Shown in pieces: positions 37,881 through 51,612 of a stretch of DNA of 64,000 nucleotides. A program made the translations under genes and the position numbers. The notes beneath the pieces are model-generated. The model did not search any database. It saw only the letters and a program-made list of their open reading frames with translations, and was not told where the DNA came from. The stretch's first letter is position 1, and each line of letters starts with the position of its first letter. This DNA comes from Carcharhinus amblyrhynchos. Its lineage: Eukaryota. The stretch covers positions 35,588,001 to 35,652,000 of the forward strand of contig OZ336879.1 of NCBI GenBank assembly GCA_965287045.1, read 5' to 3'.

Positions 37881-39989
37881 GCTGTAATCAGTTACTCCAG
37901 CTGCATAGAATTAGGACACATGATAAAGGCAATTCCACGGTAGACCAAGGACAAATGCACTGTAATGGTAAGGCTGTAATTGTACTCATGGGTCCCTTTC
38001 TGCTAGTGTAGGCAAAGCTTAATCACTATGTGGAGTTTGCCTACCCTAGAATAAATTTATTCCCTTTCACCTTATTGTGTCCAACAAAACATGAAGAACC
38101 CAGAGCTATTTCCTGGACAAAGGCAGGTCAAAAAATGAGTTCATGATGCCCCCATACCTGATGCATTGTTCATGACTATCATCATCTTCTCTATAAAAAG
38201 AATTATTGCAAACCAAAGGAAGAAGGAATTGGTACTATTCTAGTTTAACAAGCACATGACGTCTTAACTTCTTTCCAATCAGTAGAGTAGACAGTTCACA
38301 AATAGTCAACAAGTCATGTGAATGTGATTACTTGAAGGACTGGTCTCCACCACCCACTGTCAGCCTCAGCACAATCACAAATAATGCAGTGAAGCATTGG
38401 AGGATTCACAGCACTAGAGGAAGTTGGACTTCTCAAATTATTGCAGGACGGGAGAAAGTCATAGAAACTTGGAGGAGCAGGGCTAATGAAGCATGTAATC
38501 TTTGGAGTAGTAATTTTCAAATAGAGGCAGATTGAGGGCCAATGTAGGTTGACAAATGTAGGGCTGATGAATGAACGTTAGGATTTGGCAAGCAGAATGT
38601 TGGATGAAAAAGAAGTTTAAAAAGTGGAAGTTGGAAACCAGCCAGGAGAGCAATTCAATAGTTGAATCTGGAGATAGCAGAAGTGTGGATGAGTGTTTTA
38701 GCAGTAGCTGGGCTGATGTAGGGATATGGAAGTAAACAGTCTTAGTAATGGAGAGACTAAGACAGTGGAAATGTACACACATTTCGTTGTAAATAGCTCT
38801 AATGATGATAGGCTCCATTCTGCTACAGTTAAGGTTTGTTGCTGGACAGTGTAAGAAGAGGATGTAAAATACATACATATGTAATCTGAATGATTTCTTA
38901 CTGGGGCTTGCTCAACACAGTGCTGTCACTGGGTGTAGGGATGGAAAATGTTTTATTATCCAAGTAATATATTATATTGATGCATATATTGCTTCTCCAA
39001 AAATGTTGCAGTGTCATTTTAGGTCTATGTTATCATTTAAATCCAATAAAGTTAATTCAGGTGCCCTCTCCTTTGTCACATAAGATACAGCATTCATAAG
39101 AGGTGCTTTTGAGAATTCAAATGGTTTAGAATCATAATTAAATCATTACTGAAATTCATAAGAATGTATTGTTTATTATTGCAATTAATGAAAGATAACC
39201 AAAGCACAATGATCTTTACAAATAACCCAAATTCCTCAAACTCATTTCACCAGGTATCCTTGAAACTCTCTATGCAATGCACTCAGTTAGGAGCACTTAA
39301 TCAGAAAAGCAAAATAACCATTGCTTTAAAAAGCAAAAATCAATAAATGAAGTATTATGAAATTAGCACAAGACTCTTCAAATTTCCAAAGGAAGTGACT
39401 CACTGGCTGTTAAGTTACTATTTCTGGGATTAAGTTGTGTCACAAGTGTTGGTAAAAGTTTCGCTGCTTCTATTACATCCATAAGAGACTGAAATATGTT
39501 TGGATAATGAGTAATAGATACCCAGCAGTAACAGGGTAGAAGGTCATTCAATGATGCAATGAAGAATGTTGAGCAGTTTACAAATTGTGAAACTTTAAAA
39601 AAGATTCACTCCCATGAATCTTCTGTTTAGAATAAGGGATCAATAGATGGAGAGAGAAAAAGAGAGAAACATATATACATGTACATTCACACACACACAT
39701 AAATATGTGTTGATATTTTAGATACAAATGTACTTTACAGCATCATTATTAGTTTCAAGTCAAATATTGGCTCTAGCATCAGAATGCCAGTAGCTAACAT
39801 GTTGTGTCTGGTTCAGGGATCTCTCACTGTCATGTAATCTTTACATGATTATCAAGTATAGATGAAGAACAATATTAAATACAGCCACCGTATATCATAC
39901 AGCAAATGTCTGACCATTAAAATCTTGAATGCTTTTGTGTTATTGTGCATTTATCTCTGGATTGCTTAGTTTCTTACTTTTGAAAATAT

Positions 39990-40226
39990 CTTGTTGGAGG
40001 TAATGATCCTTTGTCCAAAATACCTTCATTTGCATTACTATTTACACTGCTATAGAATATCAGGACATAGTTACAGCAACCCTCTGATGTGCTTCTCACT
40101 CATCTTCTCTCAGTGAATGAGATCACTATGACATAGCTCTTTATACGCATGCTCAGTAGTGATTATTAGAGCCTTTACATGTCCCCACGAGTCTTTATCG
40201 TCATGTTATATACACATTCCATTACA
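39990..40226 (-). repeat. 3' LTR of Gypsy element
   Basis: Direct repeat of 42538-42733; on the minus strand it starts TGTAATG immediately after the purine-rich tract gagacttttgaggaag (PPT). Confidence 0.75.
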
Positions 40227-42537
40227 CTTCCTCAAAAGTCTCTACTTTTAAATGGATAGACTATCTTGTGCTCCGTCATCCTGAATGAAAATGGAACTTG
40301 TTCTGAGCTAATTGTAAATCTGTTTACTCTGGGGTTGGTTCCTGGGGGTTTTCACATCTGGCTTCCATCATTTGTTGTTCTCTAGGTGTGATGTTGTCCT
40401 GAGGTTCAGATTACACAGCCCATCATGTTAAAAGCTTTCAATTCTTTGAAATCAGCACAGTTCTAGACCTTTGAATAATGCCTTTGTGTGGACCAGATAT
40501 AATCTTGGTTGCTGCAACTTCTCTATTACAATACCTTGTCGCTGCTGGTCTCTAATCCACATTATCTCTCTCATTTGAGAGTAAGAAGCTTGTGAGCACT
40601 GTGTTTTTGGTTAGAATTATTGGCTTCATTTTCCCATTTTCTAGTCTGATGATGATCTTCCACCATGGCATTTGGCAGCAACATTTGGGGGAGGAAAGGA
40701 AGTTGCGTTCTCAGCCTTCAACCCATCAGAAGCTCCCATGGGATAAAACCATTCTGCAATATTGTACAGTGATAACTGACCAGAGCTCAAACTCATCATT
40801 CTTCTTCAGAACGTACTCCCCATTCAGCTTCCCCATTTGACTAAGAGTACTTTGGCAAGCACATATAAATCCGTACGATGTTGCAAAGGATTGGAAAAAA
40901 AACAGTGGCAAATTGTGCCCCATTTTCAGAGATGACAATGGCCAGAGTGCCATGTGTAAAGAGAATCCTCTTCAAGATGGTAATAACAACTCCAGAGTGA
41001 ATCCATGTGACTCTTCCCAGTGGGAACAATTAGTGGGAAATACTTGCCCCTTACTTTCAAATAAGGACACACGAAGGTGTTCCCAAGGCCAGGATGGGAA
41101 AGAGACGGTAAGAAAAGGCTCTTTCTGCTTCTATCTGTGAATGGTGTAAGTGACAAGGTAGTGGCTATGCCTTTGATAGCACATGAAAGACCCAGCTGCC
41201 ACTTGGACTGTTTGTGCCCCAGTTCAACACTTGGTAATACCAAGATGACCTCAGTTAACTTTCTGGATGTCTTCCAGATGCAGAGATTATGGTAGAATCA
41301 ATCTTACGCTGCATAGCGAGAGGTCATCTATGACACTAATGCTGAACATTGTTCAAAATATTACCGCAAGAAGGGGTAGTTTGAAATGTACTATGGCCGT
41401 CCACCTAGGCAGTATGTGTGAATAATCTAGGTGCACTCTTCATCTTGACTATGAGCCTCCTGATAGTTTTGCAATTTATGTTGCTGGCAAGTATTGGTCG
41501 GTTAAGTTTGTGAAGGCTGCAACTTCTTCAATGAACATTTGATCTCCCTGTACTTGGACTTCACTAACTTTTATGAGGAATGCAAGCTTTTCTGCTTAAC
41601 AAAGTGCATTCTTCATTTTAAATAATGTTTAGCCAAAACTTCACTTCCCCAGCCTGCCAAAACACCCCAGCAAGTTCCAAACTGGGAAGGAAGCATAAAA
41701 TTGCTCAAAAAATACTCTCTCCATATTCCCACATGCCCCAACCCTGCAGTGATGTTACACTGTGACAGACAAGGCCTCAGATGGGAAGTTCACCCTCATC
41801 CCATTTGAAATCCTTAAGTGGCCAATTAGTAGCCACTTAAAAGCCATTTCCTACCTAGCCTAATCTTCAAGGCTGATTGGCGGATGACAGTTTGGGAGAA
41901 AGGGAGGTTGTGGGGGAATACCTGGAAATGAGAAGTGTTAGATCTTGGACTGGAAGTGGGGGGAATGGAGGGCTCCATCAGAAGCACCCTTCTGACTGGG
42001 GGCACCTCCACAACCTTCTCCCCCCGCAACCCGGCCTAACCCCTGAGATCCTGATGTTGATCTCAAACCACCCTCCCAGAAATCTCGCTGCCCTCACCAC
42101 CCTTGGGCCCCTTTCACTTACCTGAGTCTCTGGTTGCTGTAACTTAGACTCAGGTTGGTTGATGCATTTCCTCTTCTGGCGCCTTCAGCACTGCTGCTGA
42201 AGGGACTGAAGGGCGAATGGTCAACCTGATAGGCCAACATGGAAGTCCTGCCTATGCCAATTAGCACTTACTAGAACATAAAATGCCACTGGGGCTATCA
42301 GAATCAGTAGGATGTTTCTGTGCCTCAGCCATCCAAATTTTCCAGGCTGTAATGTTTCAGAAATTTTCCTTAATATTGTATTAAGTTGACTTTTAACATT
42401 GAGCTTGATTCCATCTGGGTTTTGGAATTTGAAGAGGAAGATTGGAGCGTAATTTTGTTCAGCCATGAAACTCGGTCAGATAAAACAGATTCCAGCTGCT
42501 GTATCCAAGTTGTATTCAGTAGGACCTTGTTCCGTGA
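40227..42537 (-). mobile_element. Internally deleted Gypsy retrotransposon body (gag start, integrase), with a DNA-element insertion at about 41630-42350
   Basis: GHLGITKC (IN zinc-binding, about 41230-41255); ILKRILFTHG...VISENGAQF (IN core); QSNGEAE-like motif at about 40820-40845; gag-like start MAEQNYAPIFLFKFQNPD at 42466. Confidence 0.8.
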
Positions 42538-42733
42538 TCTTGCTGGAGGCAATGATCTTTCATTCAAAATACCTTTATTTACGCCACTATTTATAAAGCT
42601 ATAGGACATCAGGACAAAACTACAGCTGCTCTCTGAGATGCTTCTCATTCATCTTCTCTTAGTGAATGATTTCACAATGACATTGCTCCTTATGCATTTG
42701 CTCAGTCGTGATCATTAGAATTAACCCTTTACT
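42538..42733 (-). repeat. 5' LTR of Gypsy element, probably truncated
   Basis: Aligns with 39990-40180; 12 mismatches in a 71-nt block counted by eye (40050 vs 42599); AATAAA on the minus strand near 42575. Confidence 0.75.
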
Positions 42734-45144
42734 CTACAGCTACTTTACGCTTTTTTTGCTACGAACCTACTTCACAAAAAGTTTTCAGCTGCCGGCACCT
42801 TGCATTAGATTTAACATGAATGCCATCACTTGAGATTAGGCCAGGTCTGGGAATAGATGTCTCTAACCCAATGATTTTGCACATGTGGCATAAAGCTGTT
42901 GTTCAAACTCATCTGCAGATTGTAACACCCTGTCAGAAAACCAGACTGATCGGGCAGCATGGCTGAAAATATTTGCATACTTGGTGTACCAAATGATATT
43001 CAGTGAAGCCTTAGCTTTGCACTTTCCTTGGTAACATCTGCCAATGTGTTCTGAACATTTGGAGATGTATCTTTGCCTCAGGGCTCAAAGTACATACTTC
43101 ACTTCAATCTATGAAAGATTGGGAAAATGAAGTGTTGCATTTTCACAGGACTGTAAGGGCCCTGGCAAGCATCAGAAATGAAGCTTAAAGCACAGACCAT
43201 GAGGTGCCAGATGATTGAAGCAGGAGACTGGGATGCTTTATAAACCAATACATAAAATGTGCAACTTGACATTCCTTATTCTAAACAAATAAAAATGTCA
43301 ATTCACTAGCCACTTGAACATTTCTCCTGCTCCGATGCTGGAAAGGTTGAGAAACATATGATGAATTCATTTCATCGTTTATTCAATGAGTGGAGCTATG
43401 GTCAGCCCAAAACTCCAATCTGTTTCAAACCACAAACAACAGCATATTCTATACAGTACTAGAACACAGCTAATCTGCAGCAAACTTGTGATATAACTGC
43501 ATCAAAATTTCACCCATCGGGGCGAAACAGTTATTGACATTGTGCAACAAAATGAGCATCAATTTCAATTAAAGACCAATGTTATTCATTCAAATAGGTG
43601 AGGCCTTGTCACAGAGATGCTAAATTGAATAGTAATATTCAAGTTTTGTTTTGTACGGCAACACTGGTCCACAAATGTACTTGCTGTCGCTGACGGTAAT
43701 TGCATTAAAATTTTGTTGTGAGCATATCCACACAGACATAATACATTTCCTGAAATCCAAGCCACCATGTGTCTTATATCCAAGATATTTGACAGTAATT
43801 ATTGTGCACAAATTTGTTCACCTCCTTTCCTCTCAGGTAGGAATATGAATCCATGAGCTGCAGCAAACTCCTCAACAAATAGCCATTGTCAACATCGAAA
43901 CCTCGACAGTGAGACCCACTCGACTATTCAGTCTTGGAGGCACTGCATCACTGCTGTTCTCATACAACACCCACACACAGACACTTCCTGGCAGATTGCA
44001 CAGAGTTGAATCTCAAGAACCTCTGGAAAATTTTTATTTTCTTACTCTGGGCAGTTGCTGAGGCTAACTGATACATTCTCAAAATTACTCACCTAAAGCA
44101 GCCAACTCAGCACAGACAGTTGACCTTCTTGCCCTGTGTGGTTCAGCACCACATCAGCAGTCAATATTTTTACTGAACCATCACAGAAACAAATTGTTTG
44201 CCAGATACTTAGAAGGCCATTTTTTTTGTGTGGTTGTGTTTAAAGGCTGTTATTCCAAGAGACAAGAAATGCTTCACCACTTTTGATCGATGCTGTGCAA
44301 AGAAAACCACTGCTGTCTAAAAGAGCATGACCAGATGAGTAGCTAAACTCATCATACCCTTGCCCAAAATGTCCCAGCTGCAATGCCAGACAACCGCTCT
44401 GCACCGCACCCAACTGCATGAAATTGAGAATTTAGCAACATATTAAGATGAAGCCCTGGTGAAATTTCATTAACTTTCTCCAGTGAACATCAGCAAAATT
44501 TAATTTCTGTCTCCTCAGCCTAGATTTTTACAGGCATTATAAAATAAAGCATTGGTAATATATCTCTCAGCTTCAATATGGATAAGATGCTCGAGATAAT
44601 CTTCTGTCATTCACAGGATAACAGCCAAAGTAATATTGAAGTATAAAAATTCATATCAGCAAGTAGGCACTTTCCATTTTATTCTTTTAAAGGAGCATTT
44701 GTAGCAGCAAAAAAAATTGCATAATAATTCAAATTTTAAAAGGCATAACAAGGAATCACTTTTAAAGCAGAAGCCATTCTTGAATTTTAGCTGAAAAGTG
44801 TTGCTTTCGTTTATGTTACAATATTGCAAAGTTAGGCTTACTCCTCATCACAGTACTTGGATTAGGTCCAATTCCTTTTCCTGCACTCATGGAATTATTT
44901 GTTGGAATAAATAACCTTTTGGGAGAGTTTATAGCATTTCACTGGGCAAAATGAAAATACTGATTCTGCCCTTTTCTAATTGATTTCACATTACTGAACA
45001 ACAGATAATGTCCTAAAAAATCCCCTTATCTGAATATCTATTCATTTTTCCATGCAACCATCTTCATAATTAACATTAGATATTTTATTCCATGGGACTA
45101 AATGATACTTTCATTGTCACCAAGTCAAAAACTGAGAACCGTCC

Positions 45145-45510
45145 AGCTAACAAAAAAAGGGGAAGAGCTTTAATCGAGGTGTTCAAAACTACTAGCATTT
45201 TTAAAAGAACAGATGAGGGGAAACTGGCAGGGACATCAGTAGCCAGAAACAAAAGAATTAAAGCTACCAGTTCAAGAAGCAGAGATGACAAGGGGAATTT
45301 TTTTTAATATGGTGAGTTGTTGTGATCCAAAATGCTTTGCAGTGCCAGGAAAAACGTTGGAAGTAATTTCAATGGCAACTTTCAAAAAGGAACATATGAG
45401 AAGCAAGACGTTTCAAGGCTATGAGGAAAGAGCAGGGAAATGTGTTGAATTGGATAGCTTCTTCAGAGAGCTGACACAAGCATAATGAGTTGAATGGCCT
45501 CTTTCAATGG
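45145..45510 (+). mobile_element. Old CR1 3' end
   Basis: RGRALIEVFK (RGDLIEVFK motif) and 3' UTR atgagttgaatggcct. Confidence 0.7.
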
Positions 45511-46699
45511 TGAATGAACAGCACTGCGGGAGTACTTTCACCAGAAGCACTACCACCTTTTCAGGGTAACTACAGATGGGCAATAAATGCTGCCTTTGCT
45601 AGCAATGTTCACATCCGGAGAATAAAAAGAGCAAGATCTCCACTTGCCAGAAGACAAATGGTTTAACAAAAGTGGGAAGAAAATAGCAACATCTATATAT
45701 AAGTGATCATTTATCAGTTACCAGGCAAGTGCAGCATTCTGGAACTAAAGAGTGCTGTGAGAATCACTGAACCCCACAAATCAAATGTTACCACTTAAAA
45801 AGTGACAGGCGGTTTCAGTTCACCACCGAACTCTTCTCATCAGCATCCACTGGATTCAACAAGAGATTGTGGAGAATATGGGGCTGCTATTCGACATACG
45901 TCATCAATCTAAAACATTAATTCTGGATTGAATTTTCACTCCAGTATGGGAGCAAGACAGAGATTGGGTGTAATGTTGCATAATTGGCTGTATTGCCAGC
46001 TTGCCATCGTCATTCTGATTGTCAGTAATTTTACTCGGGGGAGATTGAGACCTGGAAACCCACCTAATTTAGATTATTGTCTAATGAATCTTGTTCACAA
46101 GCTCATTGTCATCTCATCACAGGCTAGTCTGTAATTTTTGGGGGAGACACAGGTTACACACTGGATCTGGCAAATGGAAGGAACTGACAACACAGCAGAT
46201 GGCCAGTTATGGCCGCATCATTCTCATTTGGAGAGCCGGTGCATTCAGGATGAGAAGAATGGCCTCCTTCTGTGCTGTAACAGCTCTATGATTCTGTGAT
46301 TCAGTTAACTTGGCCCATTAAAGAGTGCAGGGCTGAGAGGGGTACTCATTCAATGGCACATACTTGCTTTCAGGTGAGCAGGGTTAGTGAAGCAAGCAGT
46401 CTGTGCTTATTCAGTCATTATTGAAGGGGGTCATGACCCTCCAGGGATCAGTGGGTGATCAGAGGGATGTCCATTAATCTTTGTGAGTGCGGCTGATTGC
46501 AATCAATGACAGCAGCTGAGTATGGGATTAAAGTATTCAGAGTAAGAACAAGTAGCAACAAGGATTAACATCCTCATGAGCAAATATGGAGCTCCCAGCA
46601 TGAGGAGGGCAAAGGAACAAGGACAGGAAGTCAACAAAGTCTTAGTATGGAATGTACTGCCAAAGAAGAAGTTATTTGGGCATGGCAGAGAATCAGTGG

Positions 46700-47680
46700 C
46701 ACAGGACACTGCACCCAACTTGGTCAGTTATGAACATTTGTCCCTGGTTGATTAAGGTCTCAGATCTCACAATACTGCTCACCAGTAGCCGTGGAAAATC
46801 ATTGTGTCCATTAACTTCTTCATCCCTGGCTCATTGTAAGGAACAACAACAGACCCCAGTGACACATCTCAAGCAATTGTGCATCATGGCATTTCCTCGG
46901 TTGGATGTAGCTATTACTAGGGGGCATAACTTAAAGGTTCATGGTGGGAGATATAGGAGGGACATCCAAGGTAGATTCTTCACACAGAGAGTAGTTGGGG
47001 TGTAGAATACACTGCCTGCTGTGATAGTTTGGGAACTTTCAAGCAGTTATTGGAAAGGCACATGGAGCACACCAGAATTATAGGGAGTGAACTTAAAAAG
47101 TTCAATTTCAGTGCTTGCCATCAGCGTGTGCATCCAGATCTGGTTCCCTGACCGTCCATATGAAATTTGGCCAGCAGCAGGAAAACTTCTGGATCTATTC
47201 TGTATTCGCCTTCCATTTTCCTGCCCACCAATTCCATCGCTGCAGGACTTGATCTTGGGTTTAGACATAGCTCAGCACAACATTGAGGGCTGAAGGGCCT
47301 GTACTGTGCTGATCTGTTCTATGTTCTATCTCTTGCATCTTATGGGTCACTGATACCTTCGTCGTGAGAACTGGGTAGTGTATACAATTCCATGCAGATA
47401 GGGCCTCATTGACACAAGAGTAGTGGGATCAGTCTTCATCATTGGATTCGCAGAGCAGGGGGACATCACCGGGGCCAAGTGAATGGCCAATGAGATCCAT
47501 CAACTTGAAGGGCTTTCAGTCACTCAATGTCCAGCATGTCGCAACCGAGGACTTCATGTATGTGTTCAGTCACTACCCTAACAGCTGCCATGATGCCTTT
47601 GTCTTCCAGCAGTCCAGGGTGCCACAGTTCTTCATGTCACCCAAACTTCACGTCACCCTAACTTTTCATGTCACCTAACC
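46700..47680 (+). pseudogene. Harbinger (HARBI1-like) DDE transposase remnant, split by a CR1 3' end
   Basis: DTSQAIVH|CILWVTDTL across the insertion (HTH region GISQS..HRCI..VTDAL), and INLKGFQSLNVQHVATEDFMYVFSHYPNSCHDAFVFQQSRVPQFF (NRKGFHSLNVQ...YPGSCHDAF). Confidence 0.85.
46886..47330 (+). mobile_element. CR1 3' end containing a ~155-bp foreign insert
   Basis: TRGHNLKVHGGRYRRDIQGRFFTQRVVGV; tail gggctgaagggcctgtactgtgctg...ttctatgttctat. Confidence 0.88.
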
Positions 47681-48199
47681 CGGCTAGGATAGCTCCCGTA
47701 TCCACTTGAGTGCATTATTATTAAATTGAGCCTTTGATTGTATTCTGGATCCAACTGATTGTATTCTAGATCACTGAAGGGGAGCACTAGTTGGGATGCA
47801 ACTGGGATTCACTTCCCATCTGCATCGCTGATCGGTCAATGCTACAGTGCATTGCATGCACTCTGTGCATGTCTTGTATCAACTGACAGCTACTGCACAT
47901 GACTTTTCATGACATTGGCCATTCTCTCAATGATAAAGGTCATGTGTTCAGAACTTAAGCCACTGTGGCACCTCAGGAGCATCATGGAATCTTCTATTAT
48001 CAAACTATGATGTGAGAGTGGGTATTCTGCTGGTAAAAATAGAGCCACCTTACTTGAGATTCCTTGGAACCCTGCATCTCTGCCAACTGAGCAGCATGCT
48101 TGTCCTCCACCCTCCAAAGATGACTACCTACAGCTGGCATTGTCTCTCAAACCTCTCCCTACTCATCAGTGACATGCTCCTCATCCATTGCCACCTTAT

Positions 48200-49075
48200 C
48201 CCATTATGTGTGAGGACCCATCAACGTGACTATATCTGCACTGCTGAAGGGTTCACTTGAACAATGGAGACAGTGTTGCTTCTGTTGATTTGGTTTGGTC
48301 AAAGATCTCTGGTGATCCAGCTGGTGCATTCACATGCTCTCTCTTCACAACAGGCACAAGAGGAAACATGCCATTGACACAGAGCTGAGGTTTCCAAGGC
48401 AGCTGAGTTTTTGGCACTTTCAGACAGGGAGGATTGCATTCCACCCCCTTCATCTGCAGAATGCACTATCTTTTCACCTTCTCCAGATAGTCCCATCTCT
48501 CCACTCCCATTTCACCTTGCAGTACTACCCCCGTTACCTCCATTTCCATGAGGTTGGGAAGCTGGGGCACTGCTCCTCCAGTGCGCATCCTCTTCCTTGC
48601 ATTGTACACTCTTATCTCCAGCAAGGACAAAAGTCAGAGAGGGAAATAAAGCAACACTGGCTTCTTTCACCAATGCCAATGACATTCATAAGTAGCATGT
48701 ATCAGTGCTGCTACTCCTCAGTAATGCTTGGCCTCTCTCATTAATTACCTGGAGCACACATATTTCCCACGTTCAGAAGCAGCATGCACTAGCAGGCTGC
48801 TCAGCTGGTGTGTCTGCTGCTGGCGACAGACCTGAGGCCTGTTATCTGGGTTTCGTATTGCATTCCTTGCCAGAGTGAAGAAGCTCATTAAATGCACTGT
48901 GTCTTGCACACAGGTCTGCCAGAAAACACTTTAGCAGCTGACATTTTCTGCCACCTTCAGCCAGCTGCCTTTGGTTTAACTGGATGGTCTTTTCCTGTTA
49001 CCCTCTGGGAACAATGGCCCTTGCATCAAATGTACTGCCTCCAACATGATCTCAAGGACAGGCCCCTGTCCCTCC
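48200..49075 (-). pseudogene. Harbinger Myb/SANT DNA-binding gene remnant, convergent with the transposase
   Basis: LEIMLEAV...LFPEGNRKRPSS*TKGSWLKVAENVS..SV...TCVQ, a typical Myb/SANT-like pattern; the downstream extent is approximate. Confidence 0.75.
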
Positions 49076-49421
49076 TCCTGTGACTTTGGTTTTCTATTGC
49101 AATGCAAGAGGGCTGCCACTATAATGGCTGTTACAGTGTCTTTAAATTTGGCCCACACTTTAAGAGCCCCACCTTTATTCCACTGCCACAACCACGAACT
49201 GGCTGCCAAACTGACCTTCCAATTAGTTAGTAATTAACTAATTAATCAATTAATTAACCAGTTAGCAACTCCACGCTCCTTCCCCTTTGTGGGGTCAGGA
49301 CATGGAAATGACTCCAACATTGGATTCTTGACCCAAACATTAAATCCTGCCATCTGCTTCTCATACCACACAAAAAATATATTCTTGAGATACAGATCCT
49401 TCCAGTTGCAGCAGAAACTGT

Positions 49422-49563
49422 AATCAGGATCTTCCAGTCCTGTCAACATCTGCCAGCTTTTACATGTCTCACCCACCCCACTGCGGGGAAATGGCTGCCA
49501 TGAAGGATCGACTTCAGTGGGTCCTGAAGATCCTGCTAGCGGGGGTCCTGGAAAATCCAGCCC
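49422..49563. mobile_element. Short MITE; related copies at 12975-13150 and 14583-14740
   Basis: caggatcttccag ... ctggaaaatccagccc termini. Confidence 0.6.
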
Positions 49564-50684
49564 TCTGAGTAACTCATCATTGTTGGTGTCATATCCCTTA
49601 TTTCTCAATTTCTTTTACAAGCTGGGAACAGCAACATGACAATTTTCTTTATTTTGGACCCTGTGTGCCGCAAAAAAACAAGAAATGTTTGATAAAGAAG
49701 TGATGGGAAATGAATAACCGTAATAGTCAGCATTATTACTTGGATACTCAGTTTATTTGATATATTGAAAATGGTCGCTGATGTTACACAGAACAATATT
49801 AAAGTCATTAAACATATAACATTGATAAATAAGAATAACTAATTAACTAATTAAATATTTTAAATGAGAGTTTAATCCTTCAACTCTGGTGCTTGCCATA
49901 TTGATCATTAAGATACATGGCCCAATGGCAAATTGATGCTGAGGTGAGTTGAAATGTAAAACATGCAACAGAAGCATTTTAGTAGTTAGTGTTGAAGAAC
50001 AAACCCTAGGGGTAATGGAGTGAGTTCTAAACTGATTAATATTACAGTTGGGACAAATATGGATTGTTGTGGCTGAGTGTGCAGGACCATAATGTGTGAT
50101 CAGTCGATGAGTTTCAGGGAGCCACAGGCTGAAAGCGTTCCCAAGACAAATAAATTGATTTTGATACCATGCGATCTGTTTAATACTTGCCCATGCTTGG
50201 CATCTCATGCTCAACTCTGTTCATGCTGGCTGTTTAAGGGGGTTCATTCAAAGAATAAATAAGTGGATTATCTTTTACTCATAAAAAGAGCACCCCATGT
50301 TTAGCATTTCCTTTCACATTTTTGCCAGGAGATATAACATTCTGCGGAGATGTCACACAGTCATTAAGATGGGCATTAAGTGCAAAATATAAAACAAGTC
50401 AAGCAATTGTCGAAAGCAATGCTGTTTCCATTGGGAAACATTATTCTATGTATCTTGAATCTTTCTTCAATTATGCTCATTTGTTCAACCGAGAACTCCC
50501 CTGCCAGATTGTGGTGGAAAAGACCCTCAAGTGAGTCTGTCAGATTAAACGCACTTCTGCTCTCACCCTTTCACCTCCTTCCCAGACCCAGGTTTCCCCT
50601 GTATCCATCCACCTCTCCAACGGACCTTCCTCTGGGGGGAGGGACGGTTTCTCGGGGAAATGCAGCCAAACCCAACTCTGTGAC

Positions 50685-51612
50685 ACCACAGCTGGCTCAG
50701 CTGGGGCAGGGGTGGATTGTGGGGAAGGTGGGGGGTGGTGGGCAGCAATAGTGACAGGGAATTTTATTGTAAGGGGAACAGAGACGCATTTCTGTGGTCA
50801 CAGACATGACACTAAGGTATATGTTGCCTTCCTGGTGCCAAGATCAAGAATGTCACTGAACGGCTACAGGATATTCCAAATGGGGAGGGTGAACAGCCAG
50901 AGGTTATGGTCCATATTGATCCCAACAACATAGGTAAAAAGAGGGTCCTTTGATCCTGAAAGCAGAATATAGAGAGCTAGGAGATAAATTTAAAAACAGA
51001 ATCTCAATCCAGTTCCTCCAACACCGCAGGGCTTAATTAACAGTAGTCTCAGGATTACTCTGAGTGCCATGTGCTAGTGAGAGCAGGAATAGGAGAATAG
51101 GCCTGAAGAATGTGTAGCTGGACAGATGGTGTAGGAGGGAGGGATTTTGATTCCTGAGGTATTGGGACCATTTCTGGGAAGATGGGGTCTGTACAAGCTG
51201 GACGGGTTCCACCCAACAAGACCTAGACCAACATCCTCATAGGGGTATTTCCTAGTGCTGTTGGGGAGGCTTTAAATGCGACTGGTAGGAGGATGGCAAT
51301 TTGAACAAGGAAACATAAGAGAGTTAAACAAAGATCAAAATGAGAGACAGAAAAGTAGAAAACAAAAGTGGAAGACAGAAGAAACAAAGAATAGCAGCAA
51401 ATAGGACCATAGTGCAAAAAAAATTAAAATGTTAAAGAAGACAAGTCTAAAGTCATTGCCTGAATGCCTTGAACATTTGGAATAACATAGACAAATTAAC
51501 AGCACAAATCAATGCACAGAGGTAGGATATGGTTGTTATTACAGAGACATGGCTGCAGGGTGATCAAGACTGGAACCTGAATATCCAAAGCTATTCAATA
51601 TTTAGGAAGGTG
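50685..51612 (+). mobile_element. CR1 ORF1 esterase region and ORF2 APE start, decayed
   Basis: AIVTGNFIVRGTETHFCG (GDS motif region) and CCLPGA-like sequence, then ITETWLQGDQDWNLNIQSYSIFRK. Confidence 0.85.
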
